Virus record (IMG/VR): IMGVR_UViG_3300030055_000003
DNA from: a virus
Lineage: Duplodnaviria; Caudoviricetes
Direction: 5' to 3' (one strand)
Length of the DNA stretch: 64,000 bases
Position 1 is the first letter of the stretch. Every line of letters begins with the position of its first letter. The position numbers and the translations under genes were made by a program. Of the stretch, positions 29,548 to 39,591 are shown piece by piece. Below the pieces are notes generated by a model. It was not told the origin of the DNA, ran no database searches, and was given only the letters and a program-made list of their open reading frames with translations.

Positions 29548-30656
29548 TAGCTCTCTATCTTTTCTGAATCAATACTTACTTCTAATTCAGATGATAATTC
29601 AATTTCTATCTCTTTATTTTCAACTTTAGAAATATTTTTATTAGTTCTCTTTTTTGTTTTTATATCTAATCCTGATATTAATTGAAAATCTCTTCGGACT
29701 CTTGAGTTTTTATTTACTGTAAACGTATTGTCATATATTTCATTTACATCATCTATATCAATATTTGTAACCATATCATTTTGTTTATATTTTTCAAATA
29801 ATAAATCAAATCTTCTATTCATATTTAAATTAGGTACACTTATTCTATTAATTCCATTACTTTTTGAAAGATTTCCTAGTTTATTATATACATCTTCGGC
29901 ACTCATATGTTGCCAATCAACTCTTTCAGTTGTTTTAATAATAAATCCTATATCTAAATAATTAATGTCTTCCATTTCTGTTTCTTTTTTATTAACTCTT
30001 TTCAAACTTGCTTTTGATTGTTTTCTTGGTTTAGTAAAACAATTTTTAGCTGAATCTATAAATCTTATAAATGAATTATCAATCGGCAATTCCAACAAAC
30101 CTTTTTCTTCTGAATAAACATTTAAAATTTTCTTTTCTCTATCTACATCTTCCCATTTTATAGTTCCCACATTATCTATAGGAACTCCATATCTTAACAA
30201 TGTCAACATTGCCCTGTCTACATCTGTACAATCTAATCCATATATAAATTCATTAAATTCTTGAAGTGTCTTGTACTGTTGTTTCTTAGCTTCATCACTA
30301 ACATCAAATAAACCAGTTGTATCAATTGAATCACATGGATTCCCTACATAGTTATAACCTTTTTTATATGCCCAACCTATATAATTTGATATTGTAGTAA
30401 ATAACATACTTTTTGTTGTCATTGAAGTTGTTGCAGTAGTTTTTATTGCTTGAATTATCTCTTGTTTAGTCCAATTATACAATTCTTTCTCTTTGTTTAA
30501 TTCTAAGAAATTGACTCTAGTATTTAACAAAATCCAGTAAGTTCTTTTTGTAGTATCTGAATATCTATCTTCGACTTCTTCTAACCAATCAGCTTTTCTT
30601 TTTAGATATTCATTTAAACCATCATATTTTACATCTTCATCTAAGAATTCATACAT
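29547..30656 (-). CDS. MrpR/SroF-like phage master repressor (catalytically degenerate tyrosine-recombinase fold)
   Basis: Integrase SAM-like N-domain (TTKRTY...KELYNWT...ISNYIGWA...NP); LLRYG...IKWEDVD; no HxxR/LGH/Tyr set. Confidence 0.7.
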   Translation of the reverse strand: MYEFLDEDVKYDGLNEYLKRKADWLEEVEDRYSDTTKRTYWILLNTRVNFLELNKEKELYNWTKQEIIQAIKTTATTSMTTKSMLFTTISNYIGWAYKKGYNYVGNPCDSIDTTGLFDVSDEAKKQQYKTLQEFNEFIYGLDCTDVDRAMLTLLRYGVPIDNVGTIKWEDVDREKKILNVYSEEKGLLELPIDNSFIRFIDSAKNCFTKPRKQSKASLKRVNKKETEMEDINYLDIGFIIKTTERVDWQHMSAEDVYNKLGNLSKSNGINRISVPNLNMNRRFDLLFEKYKQNDMVTNIDIDDVNEIYDNTFTVNKNSRVRRDFQLISGLDIKTKKRTNKNISKVENKEIEIELSSELEVSIDSEKIES

Positions 30657-30657
30657 T

Positions 30658-32043
30658 CTACATTACCTCCTTAGCTATCTTTTCAAAATATTCATATATG
30701 TGTTTTACATTACAATCTTTTATATCTAATTTAAATTTTTTATTTAAATCTTCATTAATTTTTATTAGCTTATCAGCCACATCTCCAGCTAATAATCTTG
30801 AATTTTCATTGTTTTTTAATACGTTCGCTATTGCAAGATAACCAACAAACATATTAGGTTTTAATAAAAAGTTATGTTCTTTCATTACTTCTATATCGTC
30901 ACCAAAGTATTGAGACGATAAATATTCAATTAACATATCTATAATATTAGATATTTTTCTTGCTTCTCTTTCAGATGTTACGTCATTATCTATTTTTTCA
31001 ATATCCATAAACTCTACACTATCATTAAGAACACTTAGATAAGTTAATGATTTTTTTACTTTACATTCGCTAATAATATTTGCAACCTTATTTTTTAATG
31101 TTTTTGAATTAGTAGTTACATATTGTATAAATCTATTTTCTGGTGTATCTTTTAAAGTTTTTGCATAGGTTTTATCTGTTGAATTTTGTTCAAAAGTATC
31201 GGAAGTATATTGTTTTGCTTCACTTGGACTCATTAAAAAGAAAAATACACCTAATCCTTCATCTTCAACTTCTGTGTCTTCAAAATAAGCGTCCGCTAAA
31301 GCAGTAGATCTATGATTTCCATCATTTATTATCATTGGAGTATAATTAATTGAATTACTATCAAAATTTGGAGTAACTTCTAGTCTTCCAAACTTCTTCT
31401 TATACTCAGGAATAAATTTAACTTGTGGTTCTTTATTAGGCATATCTAAAACAGTAAAAGTTATAGCTGTTGGTTTTATATTGTGTTTTTTAAATCTTTG
31501 AATTAAAGAATTAATTCCATCTTTATTTACATTGATTTTTTCAATCTCTTCACCATTTGGAAGTTTTACAATTTTTCTAGCTCTTTGAATCCCTTCAAAA
31601 TTTCCCAACTTATTATTTTCTTTTATTTGCGCAAGTTGTTTAGCTTTGATGAAAAACCAATAAGCATTATTTCCAACCTTTTGACAATCTTCAAATACAA
31701 TTGTTTTTAATTCTTCTTGCTTTTCAGCTTCTTGATATACCTCATAATTCGTTAATACTGTACCTGTAAAATAATCTGTTGGATTTATATTAACTCCTAA
31801 ATTCTTTTCATTAGCTTTTGCAAAATTAAAAATTGATTTTGATAAAGCTATTAATACATTTTCATTTTTTATTTCATGTACTGTTAGCCCTTTATTGAAT
31901 AGTAATGCTGGAATATCTAAATTTAATCCTTTAGCACTAAATTCTTTATTGATATCTTGTTGTAATCTCATATTCGCTATTTCATTTTGAATAACCAATG
32001 TTAAATTGTCCTTTAAAATGTTTATATTAATCTTATCACTCAT
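30658..32043 (-). CDS. DGQHR/DndB-like (ParB/Srx-type) domain protein, SroE-like
   Basis: IINDGNHRSTAL motif; F..EQN motif; coupled to MrpR-like gene. Confidence 0.65.
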   Translation of the reverse strand: MSDKININILKDNLTLVIQNEIANMRLQQDINKEFSAKGLNLDIPALLFNKGLTVHEIKNENVLIALSKSIFNFAKANEKNLGVNINPTDYFTGTVLTNYEVYQEAEKQEELKTIVFEDCQKVGNNAYWFFIKAKQLAQIKENNKLGNFEGIQRARKIVKLPNGEEIEKINVNKDGINSLIQRFKKHNIKPTAITFTVLDMPNKEPQVKFIPEYKKKFGRLEVTPNFDSNSINYTPMIINDGNHRSTALADAYFEDTEVEDEGLGVFFFLMSPSEAKQYTSDTFEQNSTDKTYAKTLKDTPENRFIQYVTTNSKTLKNKVANIISECKVKKSLTYLSVLNDSVEFMDIEKIDNDVTSEREARKISNIIDMLIEYLSSQYFGDDIEVMKEHNFLLKPNMFVGYLAIANVLKNNENSRLLAGDVADKLIKINEDLNKKFKLDIKDCNVKHIYEYFEKIAKEVM

Positions 32044-32119
32044 TTATTTTCACTCCTCAAATATAATTAATCTATTTATTATATTTAAATTATATCACTA
32101 TAATAAATTAAAAGCAATA

Positions 32120-32148
32120 AAAAATAGCCTTTATTTAAGACTATTTTT
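32120..32148 (-). terminator. Terminator isolating the 98-aa ORF
   Basis: AAAAATAGTC..GGCTATTTTT hairpin. Confidence 0.6.
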
Positions 32149-32205
32149 TAATTTATAGTTTAATATTACCATAAAAATATTTAGTTGTCCATATTTAACC
32201 ATAAA

Positions 32206-32502
32206 TTATAGCAGTTCCACTGTATATTTTTCATTATTTAGTAATGTAAAATAAAATTGATTTATTTTTATTTTATTATAATCATTATCTATGTAGCTTA
32301 TTTTCTTTACTGTCTTATTATTAATTATTTCAAACAACTTATCTAAATTTTCTTCTTTAAAATATTTTTCTTTTTCTTGTTCATCAGTTAATACTATACC
32401 TTCCCCCTCAGATTTTAACATAAGCATTTGTACCTCAAAATTTGAAAAGCTAATTTCTACTTGTCCCACTTCTTCATAATTATTTTTTACTCTCATTTCC
32501 AT
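32206..32502 (-). CDS. Monocistronic hypothetical protein, candidate SOS-induced factor
   Basis: RBS; LexA-like boxes at its promoter; own terminator. Confidence 0.65.
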   Translation of the reverse strand: MEMRVKNNYEEVGQVEISFSNFEVQMLMLKSEGEGIVLTDEQEKEKYFKEENLDKLFEIINNKTVKKISYIDNDYNKIKINQFYFTLLNNEKYTVELL

Positions 32503-32636
32503 AAACGAATCTCTCCCTTTTATTTTTAATATTTATATAAACAAATTAATGTGTATAACGTTCTTACAATTTCATTTTATAACAAATTAACATAAATAGC
32601 AATACATTGTTTATTTTTATTTCCATAATTTAATAC

Positions 32637-32685
32637 GAATGTATGTTCTATATATTATTTTACTACCAAACGTATGTTTGGTCAA
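32637..32685 (-). promoter_or_regulatory. Promoter overlapped by two LexA-like (Cheo) boxes
   Basis: GAAT-GTAT-GTTC (32637-48) and AAAC-GTAT-GTTT (32668-79); TTGACC (32680-85)-N17-TAAAAT. Confidence 0.55.
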
Positions 32686-32857
32686 GATGGTTTGTTGGAC
32701 TTTAATAATATTTTACTGTTAAATTTTTATCAATTACATATGTCTATTATATATTAATTAGTATAAAATCCTCCAACACCATAGGTAAAGTTTTTCTTGT
32801 ATTTTTTTAGTTTTACCATATTTTATGCATTGATTCGACATTCATATAATTGGTATA

Positions 32858-33238
32858 ATGTTTATGTATGTATTATATTGTCGAAAGGAGAGAGTGAAAA
32901 TAAAAAAAAGAAAATTAAAAGAACCACAAAGAGGTCAATATATTTTATTGTTCAAAAAATATAGGAATTTTCGCCACATGACACAAGAAGAATTATCTTT
33001 TAGAATAGGGCTCACCCCTTCTTACCTGTCTTTTTTTGAACAAGATAATATTACTAGAACTCGCTCTCCTAAATTAAATTTGATTAGAGATATCGCTTAT
33101 GCTTTAAAAGTCTGTCCTAATAGCATTGTAATCTTTCCATGCAACCAATGTGAGCTAAGAGATAATTGTAGAAAAAGAAAAGATGTCAAAAATGATAATA
33201 AAAATTTTTTTGAAGACAATCTAGAATATTATATTTAA
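32858..33238 (+). CDS. XRE-family HTH regulator with Cys-rich C-terminus
   Basis: KKYRNFRHMTQEELSFRIGLTPSYLSFFEQ...SPKL; CNQC..C; only clear plus-strand gene. Confidence 0.85.
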   Translation: MFMYVLYCRKERVKIKKRKLKEPQRGQYILLFKKYRNFRHMTQEELSFRIGLTPSYLSFFEQDNITRTRSPKLNLIRDIAYALKVCPNSIVIFPCNQCELRDNCRKRKDVKNDNKNFFEDNLEYYI

Positions 33239-33244
33239 TTTTAT

Positions 33245-33282
33245 AAGCTAGGATAAGTAATTATTAATCCTAGCTTATTTTT
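33245..33282 (+). terminator. Bidirectional terminator
   Basis: ATAAGCTAGGAT..ATCCTAGCTTAT plus T-tract. Confidence 0.8.
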
Positions 33283-33289
33283 TTGTACG

Positions 33290-34258
33290 TTAGTCAGTAA
33301 TTTCAACTTCATATTTATATAAAGCATCGTATAGTTTTTGTGGTATTTTGTTTTTATAATAATCTGCGACATCTTTTATATGTTTTTCTTTATTCTTTTT
33401 ATAAATACAAAAAGCTTCCTCTGGAGTATCAAAACATCCTAAATGAAATCTAGTTTCTAATATTGCGTCACTATACCTTGCTCTAAATTTCCCACTTTCT
33501 GTAATTCCAACACCTATTGGATATTCTCCTCGTACTTTTTTACAACTTATAATTAAAGCATTTATATTATTAGGCACAATAATACAATTTTCAGGACTGT
33601 AAACTTTATTCCCTTTATGTAGTATATCTTTATCCACTTCCATTCTTTGTCCTTCTATTTTATAATAATTTTCATCCCACCACTTAGCAAATACTTGGAA
33701 ATTATGCCACTCTTTATCTACACTACAACCAAAATATGTAGGTTGTTTTATTTGTTGTTTTTCATCATAACATCTCTTTATCATAGCAAGCCACGTATAA
33801 TATTGTGGTATATTTTTATTATTAATTGTTGGGACATGTTCACCCTCACCTAAATATCCAACACCACAAATGAGTCTATCGTAAGGTGATATTAGATTTC
33901 CTTTTTTAAATTCTGTGTATAATTTGTTTTTAAAAAAAGAACCATTATCAAATTTAACATCTATATCCTTACAATTTCTATACCCAACAATAGTCATTTT
34001 ACTTCCGTATTTATTATAATTTATTTCTCCTACTTTATCTTTAATTTGATTTTTATTTTTTCTAGCTATTCTACATTTTGGACATATTTGTCCTTTTAAT
34101 AATCTATTTGGATTGGAAGTATTCCATTCATGTCCACATATTTTATCCTTAACTAATATTTTTGTTGTATCATTTATATATTCTCCTAATACTTCAATAT
34201 TAGGATTTTTAACTTTCATCTCTTCCTTAAATTGTTCAGTCGTTTTAATTTTTCCCAT
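33290..34258 (-). CDS. HNH/AP2-type homing endonuclease
   Basis: YTW.AMIKRCY...WHNFQVFAKW...DKDIL..GNKVYSPENC; C-terminal AP2-like HLGCFDTPEEAF. Confidence 0.8.
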   Translation of the reverse strand: MGKIKTTEQFKEEMKVKNPNIEVLGEYINDTTKILVKDKICGHEWNTSNPNRLLKGQICPKCRIARKNKNQIKDKVGEINYNKYGSKMTIVGYRNCKDIDVKFDNGSFFKNKLYTEFKKGNLISPYDRLICGVGYLGEGEHVPTINNKNIPQYYTWLAMIKRCYDEKQQIKQPTYFGCSVDKEWHNFQVFAKWWDENYYKIEGQRMEVDKDILHKGNKVYSPENCIIVPNNINALIISCKKVRGEYPIGVGITESGKFRARYSDAILETRFHLGCFDTPEEAFCIYKKNKEKHIKDVADYYKNKIPQKLYDALYKYEVEITD

Positions 34259-34366
34259 TTAATATCTCCTTTATTATTTTAATTTATTATCTATATAATT
34301 AAGTTAGTATATAATAATTAATAAATCATATACCAACTTAATATAAAATATTCAATTTAAAATGTC

Positions 34367-34813
34367 CTATAGCTCCTTTATCATTTCTTTTATAATAGTA
34401 AGACATTCCTCTTTACTTTCATGATCTTTATTATCAGCTTCTTCTAAGTATTCACTATAAACTTCTTCAAAATAATCAATATCGTTCTCTAAGTCAAAAT
34501 CTTCAGCTTCTATTTCATTATCATATAAGTAATATCTAAAGAAATATCTTGTTTCTTCCCATATTCCAAAAGCTCTATCAAACCATTGTTCTGCATACAT
34601 TCTTTCATCAGAACCATTAGAATGATGGTCTGTTAAATCAGCGGTAAAACTACCTAATAATTCAGAAGCATTGTTAAAACCTACCTTTAAGGCATGTAAT
34701 GTCAGCATTGAATATTGTTTGTCAGTCATTTTAACATTAACGCCTTTATCTCCTAATGTTTTTAAATCCTCATTTTCTTCTTTAATTCTTTCCGCATAAA
34801 AATCTTTCATCAC
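34367..34813 (-). CDS. Hypothetical protein
   Basis: 148-aa ORF. Confidence 0.7.
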   Translation of the reverse strand: MMKDFYAERIKEENEDLKTLGDKGVNVKMTDKQYSMLTLHALKVGFNNASELLGSFTADLTDHHSNGSDERMYAEQWFDRAFGIWEETRYFFRYYLYDNEIEAEDFDLENDIDYFEEVYSEYLEEADNKDHESKEECLTIIKEMIKEL

Positions 34814-35014
34814 TCTTCAATCCTTTCTAACTTACTTGTATACGCTTCTGTAGTATTCAATCTATCAATCCCAGTTTTAATTATTGCCACTTGGAAAGCT
34901 TTCAATACGCTTACTACTTTAGCATTGTGAAATTCTTTCCCATTCATATCTGTACCATTCACTTTATCTCCAACTTCAATCATCCCATAACCACCTTAAC
35001 TGTTTTTCTATATT

Positions 35015-35278
35015 TTAACATAATTTAAATGACATTTCTCTACTTTCTTTATTAATACTACAAAACATTAAGTTCCACATACAATCACAGACACTAGAAA
35101 GTTCTATTAATTCTTTTGATTTATATTTCTTTTTAAATTTAAATAATTCTGAAATATGGTCTTCCAACTCATACTTATTCACACCTTTTATATTCCCTTT
35201 ATCTACCTTTACATTAATTCCATTATCCATTGTTAAACTTACTATATTATTATTTATCATTTTTATTTCCTCTTTCAC
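35015..35278 (-). CDS. Hypothetical protein
   Basis: ORF. Confidence 0.65.
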   Translation of the reverse strand: MKEEIKMINNNIVSLTMDNGINVKVDKGNIKGVNKYELEDHISELFKFKKKYKSKELIELSSVCDCMWNLMFCSINKESREMSFKLC

Positions 35279-35341
35279 ATAATGTTAATTTGTTTTAATT
35301 TATTATGTATTATTAAAAGTATGAAAGAAGCATTGATAATT

Positions 35342-35533
35342 TTAAATTAATCCTAATTTATTTAAAATATTATCACGCATTTTGATAAGCCTACATTCAT
35401 TACAATCTTTTTTATAATCTTGCATTTCAGGTAATGAGCATCCGCTAATACAAGGATTAGAATTTAAAAATATATCCATGACTATTATTTCATCATTTGT
35501 TAATTCTAATTTTTTCAATTTATTCACCTCCAA
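35342..35533 (-). CDS. Small Cys-containing protein
   Basis: ORF. Confidence 0.6.
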   Translation of the reverse strand: MEVNKLKKLELTNDEIIVMDIFLNSNPCISGCSLPEMQDYKKDCNECRLIKMRDNILNKLGLI

Positions 35534-35554
35534 GGTTCAAATAAAAGTAACATT

Positions 35555-35881
35555 TTAAACTAAATTATATTTAGTTTCTATATCATATTTATATATTGAT
35601 AAGCTATAATCATCAATTTTCATAATATTCTTTATTAATTGTTTATTTAAAGAAATATATACTAAAACAGTGTCACATCTATATGAATAACCAGTGCTAT
35701 AAAATACTTGGTCGTCTTCTAATAGTTTTTCTAATATTTCTGTATTGCAGTTTTTTATACATTCAATTACTCTTTCATCTTTATTTACATAATCAAAAGT
35801 TCTGCCAACAAAATTATTGTTTGGAATCCATTTAGAACAAAAATATAATTTTTCAATACATCTATCTATAATATCATTCAT
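35555..35881 (-). CDS. Hypothetical protein
   Basis: ORF with RBS. Confidence 0.7.
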   Translation of the reverse strand: MNDIIDRCIEKLYFCSKWIPNNNFVGRTFDYVNKDERVIECIKNCNTEILEKLLEDDQVFYSTGYSYRCDTVLVYISLNKQLIKNIMKIDDYSLSIYKYDIETKYNLV

Positions 35882-35909
35882 TTATTCACCTACTCCAGTC
35901 CTTTTAAAT

Positions 35910-36182
35910 CTAAGAATTTATCAAGTTTTCAACATTTTTAAACATAACACATCCACAACTATTTAAATATATATGTTTTCTTTCGTCTAGTTCTTTTAAA
36001 AGGTATTGTGATTCTCTTTCAAAATTTTCTCTTGATTCATAATCAATACTATAACAAAGCATTCTTTCTATATAAAGATATCTATCTAGTAAATATTTGG
36101 TTGTTTGATTTTTTATTGATTTTTCTAAAACTTCATTTTCTTGTTTTTCTTTTCTTCTCTTTTTTATCCAAAACCAATCCAT
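35910..36182 (-). CDS. Hypothetical protein
   Basis: ORF with RBS. Confidence 0.7.
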   Translation of the reverse strand: MDWFWIKKRRKEKQENEVLEKSIKNQTTKYLLDRYLYIERMLCYSIDYESRENFERESQYLLKELDERKHIYLNSCGCVMFKNVENLINS

Positions 36183-36230
36183 TTTTATACACCTCCATCA
36201 ACATAAAATCAGATTTTTATAGTAAATATA

Positions 36231-36995
36231 TTATACATCTATTTGAGATGTGTTTTCTATATGTATTGAATTTTTTCTAGTATATTTTTGTTTAGGTTTA
36301 TGTTCTTGTATATGTAGTTTATATTCTTCGTTTAACCATTTATATATCTTGTCCAATTTTTCTTCACTAAAGAATTCTTGTTTCTTATACCACTCCTCTA
36401 TATCAAATTGATGTTTAGAAGTATTGCATCTTTTACAGGATGGTACACAATTTCCTAAATCATCTGAACCATTACAATCTACATGCTCCTTATGTAATTG
36501 TTGATTATATATTTCTTTATGTTCAATCTCACTCATTCCACAATAAGCACAACTATTATCAAAATACTCTTTACAATCAACCCATTCTTTATTATTTATC
36601 TTATGTGCTTTATTGGAATATGTATTATTATATTCTTTTAATTTATCTTTATTATTATGTTGCCATTGTTTTTGATATCCAGTTTCTCTTTGTCTTTTTG
36701 AATTTTCTCGTAATGCCTTGCTTTTTATTTCAGAATGATCATATTTATATTGAGCAATTTTAACCTTTTCTAGGTTATCATTTCTCCATGCTCTTGACAT
36801 TAATTTATTACATTCTTTACAATACGGAAATAACCCATCTGAAGATGTTTTATGTTTATAAAAATATTCCCCATTGCATGGAAACCATTGTTCTTCATTT
36901 GGACGTAATATTTTATGCTTGTTACATAGTTTATATAGTTCTCCTTCTATTAATTTATGAGATTTTTCATAAATTAAACCAATTTTATTTTCTAT
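36231..36995 (-). CDS. HNH endonuclease; frame extends upstream of the tracked ATG (36800)
   Basis: CAYCG...HKEHV...NCVPSCKRCNTSK; stop-free upstream frame encodes a Zn-ribbon (LCNKH...DGLFPYCKEC). Confidence 0.75.
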   Translation of the reverse strand: MENKIGLIYEKSHKLIEGELYKLCNKHKILRPNEEQWFPCNGEYFYKHKTSSDGLFPYCKECNKLMSRAWRNDNLEKVKIAQYKYDHSEIKSKALRENSKRQRETGYQKQWQHNNKDKLKEYNNTYSNKAHKINNKEWVDCKEYFDNSCAYCGMSEIEHKEIYNQQLHKEHVDCNGSDDLGNCVPSCKRCNTSKHQFDIEEWYKKQEFFSEEKLDKIYKWLNEEYKLHIQEHKPKQKYTRKNSIHIENTSQIDV

Positions 36996-37104
36996 ACTAA
37001 AAACCTTCTTTCTTTTTTAAATTTATTTATAATTTATTTTTATAATTAATACTTAGACTTATATTCTAATCACCTCCTATTTAAATTAAGTCTAAGTTAG
37101 CTTC

Positions 37105-37434
37105 CTATTTTACTTTCTCTATATCTTCAATTAATTTTTCTAAATCTTCTAGATACTCTAACTTTGTATATTCATCATTGATGATTAATTCTTTTAAATT
37201 TGTTGCTAATTTAAACTTTTTAGTTTCCATCAATAATTTTCTTAATTCAATATAAATATTATTAACTTTTTGAATATATAACTTTTGATTCTTTTCATCT
37301 GAAAAATTAAGTTCATAATTGCTTAATGTATACCAATTTGTAATTTCTTTTAACTTTTTACTTGCATTATCTAAATCTTTATACAAAGTTTCTTCTTTCT
37401 TTGCTATATATTTAGCTTTCTCCATTTTATTCAT
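37105..37434 (-). CDS. Hypothetical protein
   Basis: Coupled ORF. Confidence 0.7.
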   Translation of the reverse strand: MNKMEKAKYIAKKEETLYKDLDNASKKLKEITNWYTLSNYELNFSDEKNQKLYIQKVNNIYIELRKLLMETKKFKLATNLKELIINDEYTKLEYLEDLEKLIEDIEKVK

Positions 37435-37688
37435 ACCTCCACATATTCATATTCACCAATTTTAAACCATACTATATTTTTATTATATTCTATACCTACT
37501 TGATTTTCACATTTATATGCAACTATAAAACTTTTTCCAATTAAATCATCAAATCCATCATCTTTAACAGATATACAATCTAATATTCTAACTTTTTCAA
37601 TTTTCATACTTTTAGGATCACAATGTGGTATATTTAAATCTTTTAATATTCTTTCCATAAAATTTTCTGATTTACTCATTAAAATCAC
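37431..37688 (-). CDS. Hypothetical protein
   Basis: ORF with RBS. Confidence 0.7.
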   Translation of the reverse strand: MILMSKSENFMERILKDLNIPHCDPKSMKIEKVRILDCISVKDDGFDDLIGKSFIVAYKCENQVGIEYNKNIVWFKIGEYEYVEV

Positions 37689-37748
37689 TCCTTAATTATT
37701 ATAATATTATACCATTTTACTAAATCTTAGTCACTTTTGATAAAAGAT

Positions 37749-37949
37749 TTATTTTAAGCTTTCTTTAGTTATGTCATATACTTGCAATAATGCATATCCT
37801 CCAATATAAGTTATTATTAAAGCAATGATTAATATATCCATTGTAGAATAATAATTTTGTATATTATTAATTTCTAAGAAGAATGCAACTGTAAACATTG
37901 TTGTAATAGAAACATATAATTGTTTGATTAATTCTTTTAAGAATTTCAT
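37749..37949 (-). CDS. Small two-TM membrane protein
   Basis: Two hydrophobic segments. Confidence 0.7.
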   Translation of the reverse strand: MKFLKELIKQLYVSITTMFTVAFFLEINNIQNYYSTMDILIIALIITYIGGYALLQVYDITKESLK

Positions 37950-37963
37950 ATGATTCTCCTTTC

Positions 37964-38887
37964 TTATAAATTGTTCAATGGATTACTCTTTACAGCTTCA
38001 CGACTTTGTTCATCATCTACATGAGTATAAATTTGGGTATTAGATACTGATGAATGACCAAGAATACTCTGAAGTTGTCTTATATCTACTTTTCCGTATT
38101 TATACATAAGTGTAGCACTTGTATGCCTTAATTTATGCACAGTATACTTACTAGAGTCATTTATTCCAGAATTTTGTATATATTCTTTTACTAATACTTC
38201 TATTCTTCCTTTTTTAATATTAAACAATCTTCCATCTAAAATATTGTAATCATCTCTTATATTTAAATAATCATTTAATACTTTTAAACAAGTTTCATTC
38301 ATGTATATAGTCCTCTCCTTGTTCCCCTTACCAATAACAGTTAATACATCACCTTTAATATTATCAACCTTGATACCCTCTAGTTCAGAAAGTCTCATGC
38401 CTGTTTGTAGGAATAATGTCACAATACAATAATCTCTAGTATAATTTTCATTATTCTTATTCATTGAAGTTAATAATTGTTTGCTTTCATTTAAAGATAG
38501 ATAGATTGGATTTCTCTTTTGCTTTTTAGGGACTATTAGACCATAAGCTGGATTTACTGTGATAAGTTTTTCTATGTTTTGTAGATATTCAAAATAAGAT
38601 TTCAAAGTGTAAGTTTTTCTTGTTCTTGCAGATGCTCCACAACTTTTTTCTTTGTTTTCTAAATACATCATAAAAGCATTTAAATCTTTTAGTTCAACCT
38701 TTTTAATAACCATGTTAGTTATATCTTTCTTATTCTTATGTATTTTTAAAAAATCAAATAGTAAATGTAAATCACTTCTATAAGATTTTAAAGTATCTGT
38801 AGTTAATCCTTTCATTGTTCTACAATAGTTTAAAAAGTTTTCAGCATTTTCTATCAACTTATCTTCTCTAGCTTTCATATCAATCAA
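37964..38887 (-). CDS. XerC/D-like tyrosine recombinase (catalytic residues intact)
   Basis: TGMRLSE, GKGNKER, HKLRH, LGHSSVSNTQIY. Confidence 0.92.
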   Translation of the reverse strand: MIDMKAREDKLIENAENFLNYCRTMKGLTTDTLKSYRSDLHLLFDFLKIHKNKKDITNMVIKKVELKDLNAFMMYLENKEKSCGASARTRKTYTLKSYFEYLQNIEKLITVNPAYGLIVPKKQKRNPIYLSLNESKQLLTSMNKNNENYTRDYCIVTLFLQTGMRLSELEGIKVDNIKGDVLTVIGKGNKERTIYMNETCLKVLNDYLNIRDDYNILDGRLFNIKKGRIEVLVKEYIQNSGINDSSKYTVHKLRHTSATLMYKYGKVDIRQLQSILGHSSVSNTQIYTHVDDEQSREAVKSNPLNNL

Positions 38888-39188
38888 TCCTTTCTTTGTT
38901 CTATTAATTTGTTTTATCTTGTAATTCTATTATATATCTATTTTATGGAAAAATCAATAGTTTTATTACTGATTTTTCTAAAAATATACATTAATTTATT
39001 TCTCTTTATTATATTCTTGGATATCTGCACAAAACACAATAGTTTTTGCATTTTCTAATCTATTTGAGTATAAAGACTTTAAACCTTCTTGAATGTCTTT
39101 AGGTAATTCTTCAATATTTATTTCAACCAAAAGGAACCGTTCTTTTTTTCATACAATCACTCCTTTAATTTATAATGAAATGATAGTT

Positions 39189-39527
39189 TTAATCAATCTC
39201 CTCAAAACATTCACCACATATTAATGTATTACACTTAGGACACATATAATCTCCATCATATTTTACTCCTGTAATTGGTTCTATACCTTCTCCAAAATAC
39301 TTAATAGTCGCATTATTTATATCATCAGCAGAACTAATCTGTTCACATTCTTCACATTTATAATACTTTATGTTTCTTCTTTTGAATGTTTGCATAACCA
39401 TTAAGTTGTCTTTATTTTCAAGTGTTGTTTCTAGCCATAAATCTAATTCTTCCTGTTTATCAAAAGTAATCCATAAATCATACCTATGTAATTCTTCTGT
39501 CTTTTTAAATACTACTATATCCTTCAT
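39189..39527 (-). CDS. Zn-ribbon hypothetical protein
   Basis: CEEC...CPKC. Confidence 0.7.
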   Translation of the reverse strand: MKDIVVFKKTEELHRYDLWITFDKQEELDLWLETTLENKDNLMVMQTFKRRNIKYYKCEECEQISSADDINNATIKYFGEGIEPITGVKYDGDYMCPKCNTLICGECFEEID

Positions 39528-39591
39528 TTTTATTAGCTCCTTTTTATATATTTATTTTATTATATCCAACTAAAACAATGTATTTAACGAC

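Noticed and set aside
30658-32043. DNA phosphorothioation (Dnd) system
   Set aside because: Only a DGQHR/DndB-like domain is present, with no dndA/C/D/E; context favours a phage repressor module.
36860-36880. Suspected frameshift in the HNH gene
   Set aside because: Recounting (TGC AAT GGG GAA) shows the frame is continuous.
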